Notes under the pieces: generated by a model
The model's input: only the letters and a program-made list of their open reading frames with translations
Told to the model about the DNA's origin: nothing
The model's database searches: none
Shown: positions 48,599-57,008 of the stretch, one piece after another
Numbering within the stretch: position 1 is the stretch's first letter
Layout of the letters: each line of letters begins with the position of its first letter
Assembly (NCBI GenBank): GCA_051859245.1
Contig: JBHYGA010000004.1
Location: 416,001-480,000, forward strand
Reading direction: 5' to 3'
Length of the DNA stretch: 64,000 nt
DNA from: Gemmatimonadaceae bacterium
Lineage (GTDB): Bacteria > Gemmatimonadota > Gemmatimonadetes > Gemmatimonadales > Gemmatimonadaceae
Translations under genes and position numbers: made by a program

Positions 48599-49258
48599 AT
48601 GACACCGGACGAGCAGGTCATCATTGCGCGCTTCTTGGTCGTCTTCGACCTCCTCGGCACCTTCGTCTTTGCACTGAGCGGTGCGGCGGCCGGGACCCGG
48701 CATCGGTTGGACCTGTTCGGCGTGCTCGTGCTCTCGATCACGGCCGCAACCGCGGGTGGGGTCATACGCGACGTGCTGATAGGGATGGGCGTGCCGGCCG
48801 CCATTCACGATTGGCGCTACATCGCGGTGCCGGTGTGCGCCGGCCTCGTCTATTTCTACTGGCGCCCGCGCGTCGACCGGTTTCGGAACACCATGCTGTG
48901 GTTCGATGCCGCTGGCCTCGCCCTCTTCGCGGTGACCGGCACAAGCAAGGCACTCGCTTATGACATCAATCCGGTTTCCGCGGCGCTGCTCGGCATGCTG
49001 ACTGGCATCGGGGGTGGCATCGCGCGTGACGTACTCGTGTCTGAAGTACCAACGGTGCTGCGCGCCGAGCTGTACGCCATCACGGCGCTTGCAGGTGCCA
49101 CAGTGGTAGTGGGCGGTCACTTGATGCAGTTGCCAGCGGGTCCCGTCGCAACCGTCGGGGCGGTGGTGTGCTTCGGACTCCGCTACATGGGCATCCGCCA
49201 CGGATGGCGACTTCCACTCGCCGCGGTGGGCGAATCTACCGACACGGGCGAGCGCTGA
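48599..49258 (+). CDS. TRIC/UPF0126 family membrane protein
   Basis: DLLGTFVFALSGA, GGVIRDVLIG, DAAGL, GGGIARDVL, ELYA. Confidence 0.93.
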   Translation: MTPDEQVIIARFLVVFDLLGTFVFALSGAAAGTRHRLDLFGVLVLSITAATAGGVIRDVLIGMGVPAAIHDWRYIAVPVCAGLVYFYWRPRVDRFRNTMLWFDAAGLALFAVTGTSKALAYDINPVSAALLGMLTGIGGGIARDVLVSEVPTVLRAELYAITALAGATVVVGGHLMQLPAGPVATVGAVVCFGLRYMGIRHGWRLPLAAVGESTDTGER

Positions 49259-49291
49259 ATCGCTGAACGACGGGAGCGACTCCGCGGCCCT

Positions 49292-51172
49292 TTAGTCGAC
49301 TGCGTTCGTGTCCGGCGCATGGGAGTGTGCGAACGTGCCGGTGATGCTGGCTTCGGCCGACGGAGCCGACCACAAGATCGCAATCCCAACAACGCCCGCC
49401 AGAAGCGACGCACCGAAGATCGCGAGTTTCGTTGCCCCGAAGTCTGCGCCCTCAAGCGCCGCACCTGCGATGAAGAGCGACATCGTGAATCCGATTCCTC
49501 CGAGAGCTCCCGCGCCTGCGACGTGCCGCCACGTGTAGACCGCTGGCTTGTTCGCGATCCGAAGCCGCACCGCTCCCCAGGCGCCAGCCAGGATCCCGAC
49601 CAGCTTACCCACGACTAGTGCAGCAATGGTTGCCGTGATCAGTCGTCCTCGGCCCGTCAGTACGTCAGTGGACCACACCACACCAGCGTTTGCCAATGCG
49701 AAGATTGGCAACACGAAGAAGTTGGACCACGGCTCCATCGCGCGGAGGAGTTTGTTCGCCGGCGAGGAAAGGCGGTCGTGTACGGCATCGAGATCGTGCA
49801 GCGCATTGGCGGAGAGTCTGTGCGGCTGCGCTGGGGCACCCGCGAGTCGCGTTTCCACGTCGATGATCGCCTGCGCCTGCGCCATGAGCGCAGTGACGTT
49901 CGCGGGCGGTCGTGTCGGCGTAACGGCGGCCAGGATCACGCCCGCGAGGGTCGCATGCAGTCCCGACTCGTGGATCGCGAACCATAGCGCCACACCAAGC
50001 AGCACGTACGGAAGTGCGCGGTACACTTGCACCCGATTTAGCAGCACGAGCATGGCTGTGATGACCGCCGATGTGATGAGCCACGGTATGCTGATCGCGC
50101 TGGTGTAGAAGAGTGCGACGATGAGGATCGCCGCGAGGTCGTCGGCAATGACAACCGCCGTTAGAAACACCCGTAGCTCGACAGGCACCCGGTTGCCGAG
50201 CACGACGAGAAGCGCCACGGCGAAGGCGGTGTCGGTGGCAATGGTCATGCCCCATGCATGCCGGAATTGCGCTGGCACGATCAGGAAGTAGATCAGCGCC
50301 GGCACGATCATGCCCCCGAGCGCCGCTACCAACGGAAGCGCGGCAGCTTTGGGCGTCGCTAGACGGCCCACCGTCAACTCGCGCTTGATCTCAAGACCGA
50401 CGACCAGAAAAAAGACTGCCAGCAGGCCGTGGTTCACCCAGTCGATGAGAGTGAGCGCGAAGCCGGCGCCGCCGAAGGTGAAACCGGCTGGTGCGTCCCA
50501 GAACCCAAGAAACGCCGGGCCGAACGACGAGTTGCTCGCCACAACCGCAATCACGGTCATGAGCAGGAGCAACAGCCCGGTTGACGGTGCCCAGCGCGCA
50601 AAGTTTACGCTCGCAGTGCGGACGATTTCGCCCAAAGACCGCTCCATCGCTTCGCTGAGCGCGGTCTCGTCCCACGCTCCTTCATAGCGCCGCCCGTTGA
50701 TGAAAAAGGTCGGCGTGAGGCGGGCGCCACTATCAATGCCGCTGCGCGCATCGTCGCGCACGCGCGACGTCGCCGTCTGTGCGGACACCTTATCCCACTG
50801 CTCGCGAGGTGGTAGGCCCAGGTCACCGGCAATGGCGTCCAGTTCGCCGTCAGCGAATGTCGGGCTGTGCTGCATCAGCACATCGTGAACTGCCCAGAAA
50901 TCACCAGTACGTGCCGCTGCGTATTCGGCGAACACCGCCGCACGCGTCGCCAGTTCGCGGTCGGCGAGCGGGAGATGCCGATACACGTAGCGGAGGCGTG
51001 CGCCGAATCGTTCACGCAGGCGAGCGACCACCTCGTGCGTCGTGTGGCAGTGATCGCACAGGTAGCTCCCGTACTCGACCAGTGTAATCTCTGCGCCGTC
51101 GTCCCCCAGCACGTGGTCGTGGCGGGGATCGACGTCGCGCACCAGACGATACATCTGCTTTTCTGGCGACAT
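49292..51172 (-). CDS. nhaA: Na+/H+ antiporter NhaA with N-terminal DsbA/thioredoxin domain
   Basis: N-terminal [10 protein letters not shown]...YRHLP...TPTFFING; NhaA motifs [27 protein letters not shown]. Confidence 0.93.
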   Translation of the reverse strand: MSPEKQMYRLVRDVDPRHDHVLGDDGAEITLVEYGSYLCDHCHTTHEVVARLRERFGARLRYVYRHLPLADRELATRAAVFAEYAAARTGDFWAVHDVLMQHSPTFADGELDAIAGDLGLPPREQWDKVSAQTATSRVRDDARSGIDSGARLTPTFFINGRRYEGAWDETALSEAMERSLGEIVRTASVNFARWAPSTGLLLLLMTVIAVVASNSSFGPAFLGFWDAPAGFTFGGAGFALTLIDWVNHGLLAVFFLVVGLEIKRELTVGRLATPKAAALPLVAALGGMIVPALIYFLIVPAQFRHAWGMTIATDTAFAVALLVVLGNRVPVELRVFLTAVVIADDLAAILIVALFYTSAISIPWLITSAVITAMLVLLNRVQVYRALPYVLLGVALWFAIHESGLHATLAGVILAAVTPTRPPANVTALMAQAQAIIDVETRLAGAPAQPHRLSANALHDLDAVHDRLSSPANKLLRAMEPWSNFFVLPIFALANAGVVWSTDVLTGRGRLITATIAALVVGKLVGILAGAWGAVRLRIANKPAVYTWRHVAGAGALGGIGFTMSLFIAGAALEGADFGATKLAIFGASLLAGVVGIAILWSAPSAEASITGTFAHSHAPDTNAVD

Positions 51173-51321
51173 GCCTCACCTGCGCTGCGTAGTTTTTCAC
51201 GGCGGACGTGCGCGTCGACACGCACGAGCGAGCTGCTACATCGACCTCAAGGACTCGACCTGCAACCCGCAGTTGGACGGCGGAACGACGCCACCGTCCA
51301 ACGCGAGCTGATGCATTCGGC

Positions 51322-52077
51322 TTACACAGCGGTGTAGCCACCATCCACGAGGTAATAACCGCCCGTGATGAATGACGCGTCTTCCGAGAGGAGGAAGGAC
51401 ACCAGCGTCGCGACTTCGTCCGAACGGCCAAGGCGACCAAGCGGATGGCGCGCGACGAGCGCGTTCTTCTGGTCATCGGGCAGCGTGGCGAGCAGCGGCG
51501 TCTCGATATACCCGGGGCCCACACTGTTCACGCGCAACCCCTGCGCGCCATACTCTACGGCGGCGTTACGTGTCAGGCCAACGACACCGTGCTTGGCGGC
51601 GGTGTACGCACTGTTGCCAGCTGCCGCCACGGAGCCATGGATCGAGGCAATGTTTACAATCGCGCTCTCGGACGCACCCGCCTGGAGCATCGCGGGGATC
51701 TGATATCGCATGCCGTACAGCACGCCATTCAAGTTAATGTCGATCACGCGCCTCCAATCCGCGAGATCGACTTCACCTGTTGGTGCCTGCGCACCACCGA
51801 TTCCGGCATTGTTTACCGCGTAGTGCAGCGCACCGTACGTCGACACAGCATGCGCAACGACGCGTTCGGCGTCCTCAGGCTTGGCCGTGTCCTGTCGGAT
51901 CGCGGTCGCGATACCACCGGCATTGGTGATCTCCTTCACTACGCTTTCGGCGGCATCCAGGTTGATGTCGGACAAGACCAACTTGACGCCGCTCTTCGCG
52001 AGCCGCTGTGCGATGGCTTTACCGAGCCCGGAGCCGCCGCCCGTCACGAGTGCTACCTTGCCGCTGAATCCTGACAT
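51322..52077 (-). CDS. Short-chain dehydrogenase/reductase
   Basis: TGGGSGLG, NNAGI, YTAAKHG, PGYIETP. Confidence 0.95.
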   Translation of the reverse strand: MSGFSGKVALVTGGGSGLGKAIAQRLAKSGVKLVLSDINLDAAESVVKEITNAGGIATAIRQDTAKPEDAERVVAHAVSTYGALHYAVNNAGIGGAQAPTGEVDLADWRRVIDINLNGVLYGMRYQIPAMLQAGASESAIVNIASIHGSVAAAGNSAYTAAKHGVVGLTRNAAVEYGAQGLRVNSVGPGYIETPLLATLPDDQKNALVARHPLGRLGRSDEVATLVSFLLSEDASFITGGYYLVDGGYTAV

Positions 52078-52161
52078 ATCTGCTCCTTGATCGTTGTCGA
52101 CGTTCGGTCCGGCGCGTTCGCGCCAGCTCCAGAACGAGGACGGGTGAACTATTTGCGCCCG

Positions 52162-52284
52162 TCACGCAGCGGCCGAGAGCACAAGCTTGCGCGCAGTGAC
52201 AGCCGGTGTCGAGCCTGGACTGAAGCCGGTGACGTTGCCCACCATCAGCATGAGGGCAGCGTTGATTCGGAATGCCTTGCGCAT
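52162..52284 (-). CDS. Putative 40-aa small ORF (not in the ORF track)
   Basis: GGAGAG RBS then MRKAFRINAALMLMVGNVTGFSPGSTPAVTARKLVLSAAA*; translated by hand. Confidence 0.35.
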   Translation of the reverse strand: MRKAFRINAALMLMVGNVTGFSPGSTPAVTARKLVLSAAA

Positions 52285-52378
52285 TCTGCTCTCCGATTGC
52301 CTCCCCCGGTGAATGGTCTCGGCCGCCGACGTGCCGGATGCGTTGCGAGGAAGTCAGCGATGTCGCTCTTCAAACCCC

Positions 52379-52603
52379 TCATGATTTCGCGTCCCAGCTG
52401 GCGTCGGAGACGCTGCGGTGGGGCACCCTGCGTGCGCCGGCGGCGAGGCGAGCGGCGAGAATCGTGAGCGCCAGAAAGAGTGCGGCCCCGACAACGAAAA
52501 GCGGATGGGATTCAGCGATTGAAAAGAGGAAGACGGCGACAAGCAACGCCAAGATGAGCAGACCACTGCCCAGAAGCCCAGAACCGGAACTCTTTTTGCT
52601 CAT
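52379..52603 (-). CDS. Small two-TM membrane protein
   Basis: Strong RBS AAGGAGGAG; two hydrophobic helices. Confidence 0.7.
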   Translation of the reverse strand: MSKKSSGSGLLGSGLLILALLVAVFLFSIAESHPLFVVGAALFLALTILAARLAAGARRVPHRSVSDASWDAKS

Positions 52604-52624
52604 GACACTCCTCCTTATAGATAT

Positions 52625-52640
52625 TGTCCTTGCAAGGACA
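52625..52640. promoter_or_regulatory. Palindromic operator 1
   Basis: Perfect 16-bp palindrome TGTCCTTGCAAGGACA. Confidence 0.7.
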
Positions 52641-52656
52641 TTTAGTGATGGCCTGA

Positions 52657-53118
52657 CTATGGGCCGATGCGTGCCTCCGCCAGCTGCTGCATGGTATTCC
52701 GCAGCACCGTGAGTTGCGATTTGGGTAGTCCGGCAAACTGCCTGGCGTGTACCGCCGCGACGGGCCCCTCAAGCCGCTCGAGCAGCTTCTTTCCCTGCCC
52801 GGTGATCGACGCCAGCACTACGCGCCTGTCGGACTCGTCGCGCATCCGCGTGGCCCAACCCTGCTTTTCGAGACGGTCGAGCAGGCGTGTTACGTCGGGA
52901 TCACCACTGACCGATCGCTCTGCGACCGCGTTGCAGGCGAGCCCTGCACTTCCCGCGTCGCGCAGCACCCGGAGCACGTGGTACTGCTCCGGGGTAATGC
53001 CGGCGTGCCGAAGCACTACCGCCAACTCTTGGATGAAGACACCCGCGACATGTTGGATCAGGAGGTAGACCTCCCGTTCCGTACTTTCCACCGTGCCAAA
53101 GCGCCAAACTCGTTTCAT
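52657..53118 (-). CDS. MarR family transcriptional regulator
   Basis: GITPEQYHVLRVL, PDVTRLLDRLEKQG, R..DRRVV..SIT..G; start trimmed to MKRVW. Confidence 0.92.
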   Translation of the reverse strand: MKRVWRFGTVESTEREVYLLIQHVAGVFIQELAVVLRHAGITPEQYHVLRVLRDAGSAGLACNAVAERSVSGDPDVTRLLDRLEKQGWATRMRDESDRRVVLASITGQGKKLLERLEGPVAAVHARQFAGLPKSQLTVLRNTMQQLAEARIGP

Positions 53119-53179
53119 CTCGCCCCCTCTTTCCCCAGTACGAGGCGCCGACGGCACCATTTCATAACCCTTAGTTTTA

Positions 53180-53208
53180 AGGATAGTCGTTACAACGACG
53201 ACTGCCAA
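53180..53208 (-). promoter_or_regulatory. Sigma70 promoter of marR with operator 2 in the spacer
   Basis: Minus strand TTGGCA-17 nt-TATCCT; spacer holds GTCGTTACAACGAC (53186-53199). Confidence 0.7.
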
Positions 53209-53588
53209 GCAATCATCCTGTTGTTTCCATACACAACTCCTGCTGACTTTGCTGCGTAAGAATCTCTCGACCCTACGGTAGTCCAGGACGGAGCGTCACT
53301 CGCTGGAAAGCTGGCATCGAGTACGGCGTCGATGTGAACCGTGGGCGGGTGGAGGCGGGCAGATCGCGCGGCGACCTCGTCAGCGTTCTCCCACGGCTGC
53401 GGCGGAGTGGCCTTCCGTACGGCTTCGGCCACAGCCACTGACCCCAGTGATGCCAAGGCGGCGGCTACCACCACCAATGGCGTGAGCGGGACGTTTGTCA
53501 CGATCAGTCCTGTGAGCAGCACGACCATGATTGACGCCGATGAGTAAAGCACTCGGCGGGACTTTCCAAAGGCGGAATAGCTGTTCAT
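53190..53588 (-). CDS. Small membrane protein with SFPASDAPSW motif
   Basis: GAGGA RBS; two hydrophobic segments; DASFPASDAPSWT. Confidence 0.7.
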   Translation of the reverse strand: MNSYSAFGKSRRVLYSSASIMVVLLTGLIVTNVPLTPLVVVAAALASLGSVAVAEAVRKATPPQPWENADEVAARSARLHPPTVHIDAVLDASFPASDAPSWTTVGSRDSYAAKSAGVVYGNNRMIAWQSSL

Positions 53589-53641
53589 GTGCGTGTCCTC
53601 TAGCAAACGGGTGATGAGTCGGTCATGCCTCGCCTCGCCGG

Positions 53642-53863
53642 CTATCTCGCCGAGGAGAAGACCACAGCCAATACGACTACCACGAGGATGAACCAGAAGC
53701 CTGCGAGCAACCGGTTCGGCGCGCGGCGTGGAATGCCTGTTGCGATGGGGGCCGGCACGTATAACGAGATGTCCGGAGGGAAGGGGGAATGCTTCGCCCG
53801 CCGCGAACTGAAGTTTTCTGCCGGCGGTGAAAGCGCGGAGTGGCGCGACTCGCTCTTGATCAT
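53642..53863 (-). CDS. 73-aa protein with C-terminal TM helix
   Basis: GGAGG RBS before MIKSES; C-terminal LLAGFWFILVVVVLAVVF. Confidence 0.6.
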   Translation of the reverse strand: MIKSESRHSALSPPAENFSSRRAKHSPFPPDISLYVPAPIATGIPRRAPNRLLAGFWFILVVVVLAVVFSSAR

Positions 53864-53912
53864 GTTATGCCTCCGAGAAGAAAGTGTCGGAACGTCTCCT
53901 GTGCTCCTCATA

Positions 53913-53941
53913 AGGTTAATCGTTATAACGACTAAAGTCAA
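53913..53941 (-). promoter_or_regulatory. Sigma70 promoter with operator 3 in the spacer
   Basis: Minus strand TTGACT-17 nt-TAACCT; spacer holds ATCGTTATAACGAC (53919-53932). Confidence 0.75.
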
Positions 53942-54159
53942 GGGGAGGCGCGAGGAAGCACTGCGACGGCCCGCGCAGTTGAACCCGCTTTTCGTGAAGC
54001 GCCAATCCGTCTCCCGCGGTCAGCGTTCGGCTAAGCGCGCGATCGTCTTGCGCACTTCTACTGGCACGCGTACCCTTTGCCGGTGCGCGCGACGCGAGCT
54101 GCCCCGAGCGCGAAGCTGCCGCACCACATTGCGCTTCTCTTCAGCTTGAGGACGGACGC

Positions 54160-54747
54160 ATGACCACGTTCACCGTGGGATACATGATCGGCAGCCTCGC
54201 CAAGGCCTCGATCAATCGGAAGCTCGCGATCGCGCTGACGCGACTCGCGCCGCCGGAACTGGAGTTCCGGGAAATCACAATCGCTGACCTGCCGCTCTAC
54301 TCGTACGACTACGACGCGAACTATCCTCCGGCGGGACGTGCCCTCAAGGACGCCATTGCCTCCGTCGACGCCGTGCTTTTTGTGACGCCCGAGTACAATC
54401 GGTCAATCCCGGGCGCGCTCAAGAACGCGATCGACTGGGCGAGTCGTCCGTGGGGTGAGAACTCTTTCAAGCGGAAGCCCTCAGCCGTTATAGGAACATC
54501 GCCGGGCAAGATCGGCACGGCCGTCGGTCAGCAACACGTTCGCAGCATCATGGCGTTCTGCAACTCGCCGATGTTCAACGCGGTCGAGGCATATATCGAG
54601 TTCACGCCCGGCCTCATTACCGATGATGGCGAGGTCACGGTAGATTCGACCCGCGAGTTCCTCGCGAACTTCCTGGAAGAGTTCTCCGGCTACATCGGAC
54701 GCGTCTACACCGTGCTCCCTCGCACGGGCGAATCGCCGCCTGGATAG
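54160..54747 (+). CDS. NAD(P)H-dependent FMN reductase (ChrR/SsuE-like)
   Basis: GSL...SINRKLA, LPLY, TPEYNRSIPGALKNAIDWASRP. Confidence 0.94.
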   Translation: MTTFTVGYMIGSLAKASINRKLAIALTRLAPPELEFREITIADLPLYSYDYDANYPPAGRALKDAIASVDAVLFVTPEYNRSIPGALKNAIDWASRPWGENSFKRKPSAVIGTSPGKIGTAVGQQHVRSIMAFCNSPMFNAVEAYIEFTPGLITDDGEVTVDSTREFLANFLEEFSGYIGRVYTVLPRTGESPPG

Positions 54748-54762
54748 GGATTCGGCTGGGCA

Positions 54763-56238
54763 CTACGAGTCCGGATTCTGCGTCACGCGAAGACGTCCGC
54801 CCTCTCCTTCCCAGCGCGCAACTGCGCGGGCCGCCATGCGTTCGTCCAAGTCGGGTGGGACGGCCGCGAGCAACACGTTGAGCCCCTCCGCCATGGTGGG
54901 GTGTGTGATGATGGCGTCACGCAGCATCGTGTATGGCATCTCGCCAAGCATGGCGGTCTGCACCACCGCGACTACCTCACCTGCGCCCGCCCCAAGCATC
55001 GAAAAGCCAAGGATGCGGTCGCTGTCTGCGGCGAGCAACATCTTCATGAAGCCGCGTGTTTCGCCAATGGCGCGCGCCCGCAGTACTGATGCCATCGGCA
55101 ACCGGGCGACGCGAACCGCGATTCGCAGCTGCTTTGCCATCGACTCGTCCAGTCCCACGCGCGCGAACTCTGGATCGATGAACGCACAATAGGGAATCAA
55201 TCGACCTCGTGTCGTGCGCACACCGCCGTCGAGGTGGTCGCGAACAACGCGAAAGTCATCGAGCGCAGCGTGCGTGAACTGCGGGCTCCCCGCGCACTCG
55301 CCCATCGCCCAGACTCCGTCGGCGGTCGTGCGCAGGTGATCGTCCACGCTGATGTAGCCGCGTGCGTCGAGCTCGATCCCCGCTTGCTCCAGCCCAGTCT
55401 CCCGCGTATTGGGAGCGCGCCCCGCCGCGACGAGAATGTCGGAGCCGTCGATTATTCGAATCTCGCGCCCCGTCTTCACGTGAAGCCGGACAGCCTCGCC
55501 GGACCGCCCTTCTACCGATTGGGTATCGGCGCCGAGAAACACCTCGATACCATCCTCCTCGAAGATCTTGTGAATGGCAGTCGCCACATCCGGATCCTCT
55601 CGGCCGAGCAGCTGTGTGCCGTACTCGAGAACAGTGACGCGACTTCCGAAGCGCCGAAACGCCTGCGCGAACTCAACGCCCACATATCCCCCACCGAGCA
55701 CGACCAAGTGAGCGGGCAGCCGATCGAGTTCAAGAGCGTCGACGTGTGTGAGAGGAAGTGCATTTGCAAGTCCGGGAATCCCGGGGATCGTCGCGGACGT
55801 GCCGAGATTGAGAAACAATCGTTCGGCGACAAAGCGGCGCATCCCGCCGTCGGGAAGACGTACCTCGATCGTCCGTTGCCCCACAAGACGGCCTTCTCCC
55901 AGAAGAAACTCAAGATGCGGGATTGCAAACTTCTGCTGATGAATAGCGATCAGGCCATCCACCATTTCGCGTTTGCGCTCACGCACCATCGGCATACTCA
56001 CGGTGGCATTGTCGATGCGCAGGCCGTACGAAGCGCTCCGACGGACCAGCTCCGCAACCTTGGCGCTTTGAATGATGTTCTTGCTTGGCAGGCACGCGAT
56101 ATTCGGACAGGAACCTCCCACCAGCGCGCGTTCGATCACGACAACCGGTCGGCGCTGTTGAGCCAAGTCCCACGCGAGGTATTTGCCTGCCTCACCGCCA
56201 CCCAGAATGACGTTCTCGATGTGCTCGAGTTCACTCAT
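54763..56238 (-). CDS. Pyridine nucleotide-disulfide oxidoreductase (MerA/RclA-like)
   Basis: GGGEAG, GGSCPNIACLPSK, GGGYVGVE, FTH, HPTMAE; no C-terminal CC pair. Confidence 0.92.
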   Translation of the reverse strand: MSELEHIENVILGGGEAGKYLAWDLAQQRRPVVVIERALVGGSCPNIACLPSKNIIQSAKVAELVRRSASYGLRIDNATVSMPMVRERKREMVDGLIAIHQQKFAIPHLEFLLGEGRLVGQRTIEVRLPDGGMRRFVAERLFLNLGTSATIPGIPGLANALPLTHVDALELDRLPAHLVVLGGGYVGVEFAQAFRRFGSRVTVLEYGTQLLGREDPDVATAIHKIFEEDGIEVFLGADTQSVEGRSGEAVRLHVKTGREIRIIDGSDILVAAGRAPNTRETGLEQAGIELDARGYISVDDHLRTTADGVWAMGECAGSPQFTHAALDDFRVVRDHLDGGVRTTRGRLIPYCAFIDPEFARVGLDESMAKQLRIAVRVARLPMASVLRARAIGETRGFMKMLLAADSDRILGFSMLGAGAGEVVAVVQTAMLGEMPYTMLRDAIITHPTMAEGLNVLLAAVPPDLDERMAARAVARWEGEGGRLRVTQNPDS

Positions 56239-56402
56239 GACAGCCTCTCGACCTTGGGATCAACACAGCATGGCTTCTGTTCCTGGGCACGGCTGCTTGC
56301 ACGGCGGTGGTCAAGCGATCTGACGGCCCCCAGTATCAGTAGCGTGCGGCTCTGACTGTCTAGTTGTCAACTCGCGCACACCTGCTCCTATCCCGCGCAA
56401 GA

Positions 56403-56430
56403 TTGACTTCACACAGGAAGCGTCTAGGTT
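56403..56430 (+). promoter_or_regulatory. Putative sigma70 promoter
   Basis: TTGACT-16 nt-TAGGTT upstream of the structured leader. Confidence 0.5.
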
Positions 56431-56437
56431 TCACTGC

Positions 56438-56636
56438 ATGTTGCGGATCGCTTCCCCCCTCACGCACAAGACCCGAGTGTCTGACTTGCGCCTCTCGGCG
56501 CGGTCTCGCTCGGCGCGGGGACGCACGTCTATCACGCCACTCGGCGGATAGACCCTCCCCGCGCTAACGGTGACGCAGCTGCGTCATCGCGAGACCGCCC
56601 CACCTGCCATCGCGCACGTGGGGCGGTTTGCATTTC
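56438..56636 (+). promoter_or_regulatory. Structured 5' leader / candidate attenuator with possible 37-aa uORF (56438-56551)
   Basis: Stems 56500-09/56589-98, 56513-21/56556-64, 56527-33/56547-53, 56569-76/56581-88; competing terminator 56594-603/56618-27. Confidence 0.6.
56592..56636 (+). terminator. Intrinsic terminator-like hairpin in the leader
   Basis: ACCGCCCCAC ... GTGGGGCGGT followed by TTGCATTT. Confidence 0.6.
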
Positions 56637-56657
56637 CCCAACAGAGGAATCAATCCC

Positions 56658-57008
56658 ATGCCCCCGCACCTGCGATTCAGTCGCCAGGACCAGGAGGGTT
56701 GGACCATCGCCGACGGCCTGCTGAGGCTCGGTGAAGTCTATCCCGATCGTATGACATTCGTCGGTTTTCCCGACGTAGACCGCGCGCGTGCTGCGGCTGA
56801 TATCGCGGCGTGCACGCTGCGCCACTGGCAGGCCTCGCGTCAGCGCGCGGACACCGGTCAAATCGCGGTGTCACTTACCACCGACCGCAGCGGGTTCACC
56901 TTCGCAATGCCCCACGGACTGTGGCACGCGCTTCGAGTCGAACTCGCCCAACGCATTCACGCCGCGACGCGCTCGCTGCGCTACTTCGAACAGGAGCCAG
57001 CGGCATGA
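56658..57008 (+). CDS. Hypothetical protein
   Basis: AGAGGA RBS, ATG at 56658; stop overlaps the gdh start (ATGA). Confidence 0.7.
   Translation: MPPHLRFSRQDQEGWTIADGLLRLGEVYPDRMTFVGFPDVDRARAAADIAACTLRHWQASRQRADTGQIAVSLTTDRSGFTFAMPHGLWHALRVELAQRIHAATRSLRYFEQEPAA

Noticed and set aside
54763..56238. Mercuric reductase merA call
   Set aside because: No C-terminal Cys pair, no N-terminal HMA domain and no mer genes nearby.
55234..56355. 373-aa plus-strand ORF
   Set aside because: Almost entirely antisense to a well-supported oxidoreductase; no recognisable motifs.
56810..57004. N-terminal extension of the GDH ORF in the ORF track
   Set aside because: Overlaps the upstream hypothetical gene; the ATG at 57005 has an RBS and ATGA coupling.
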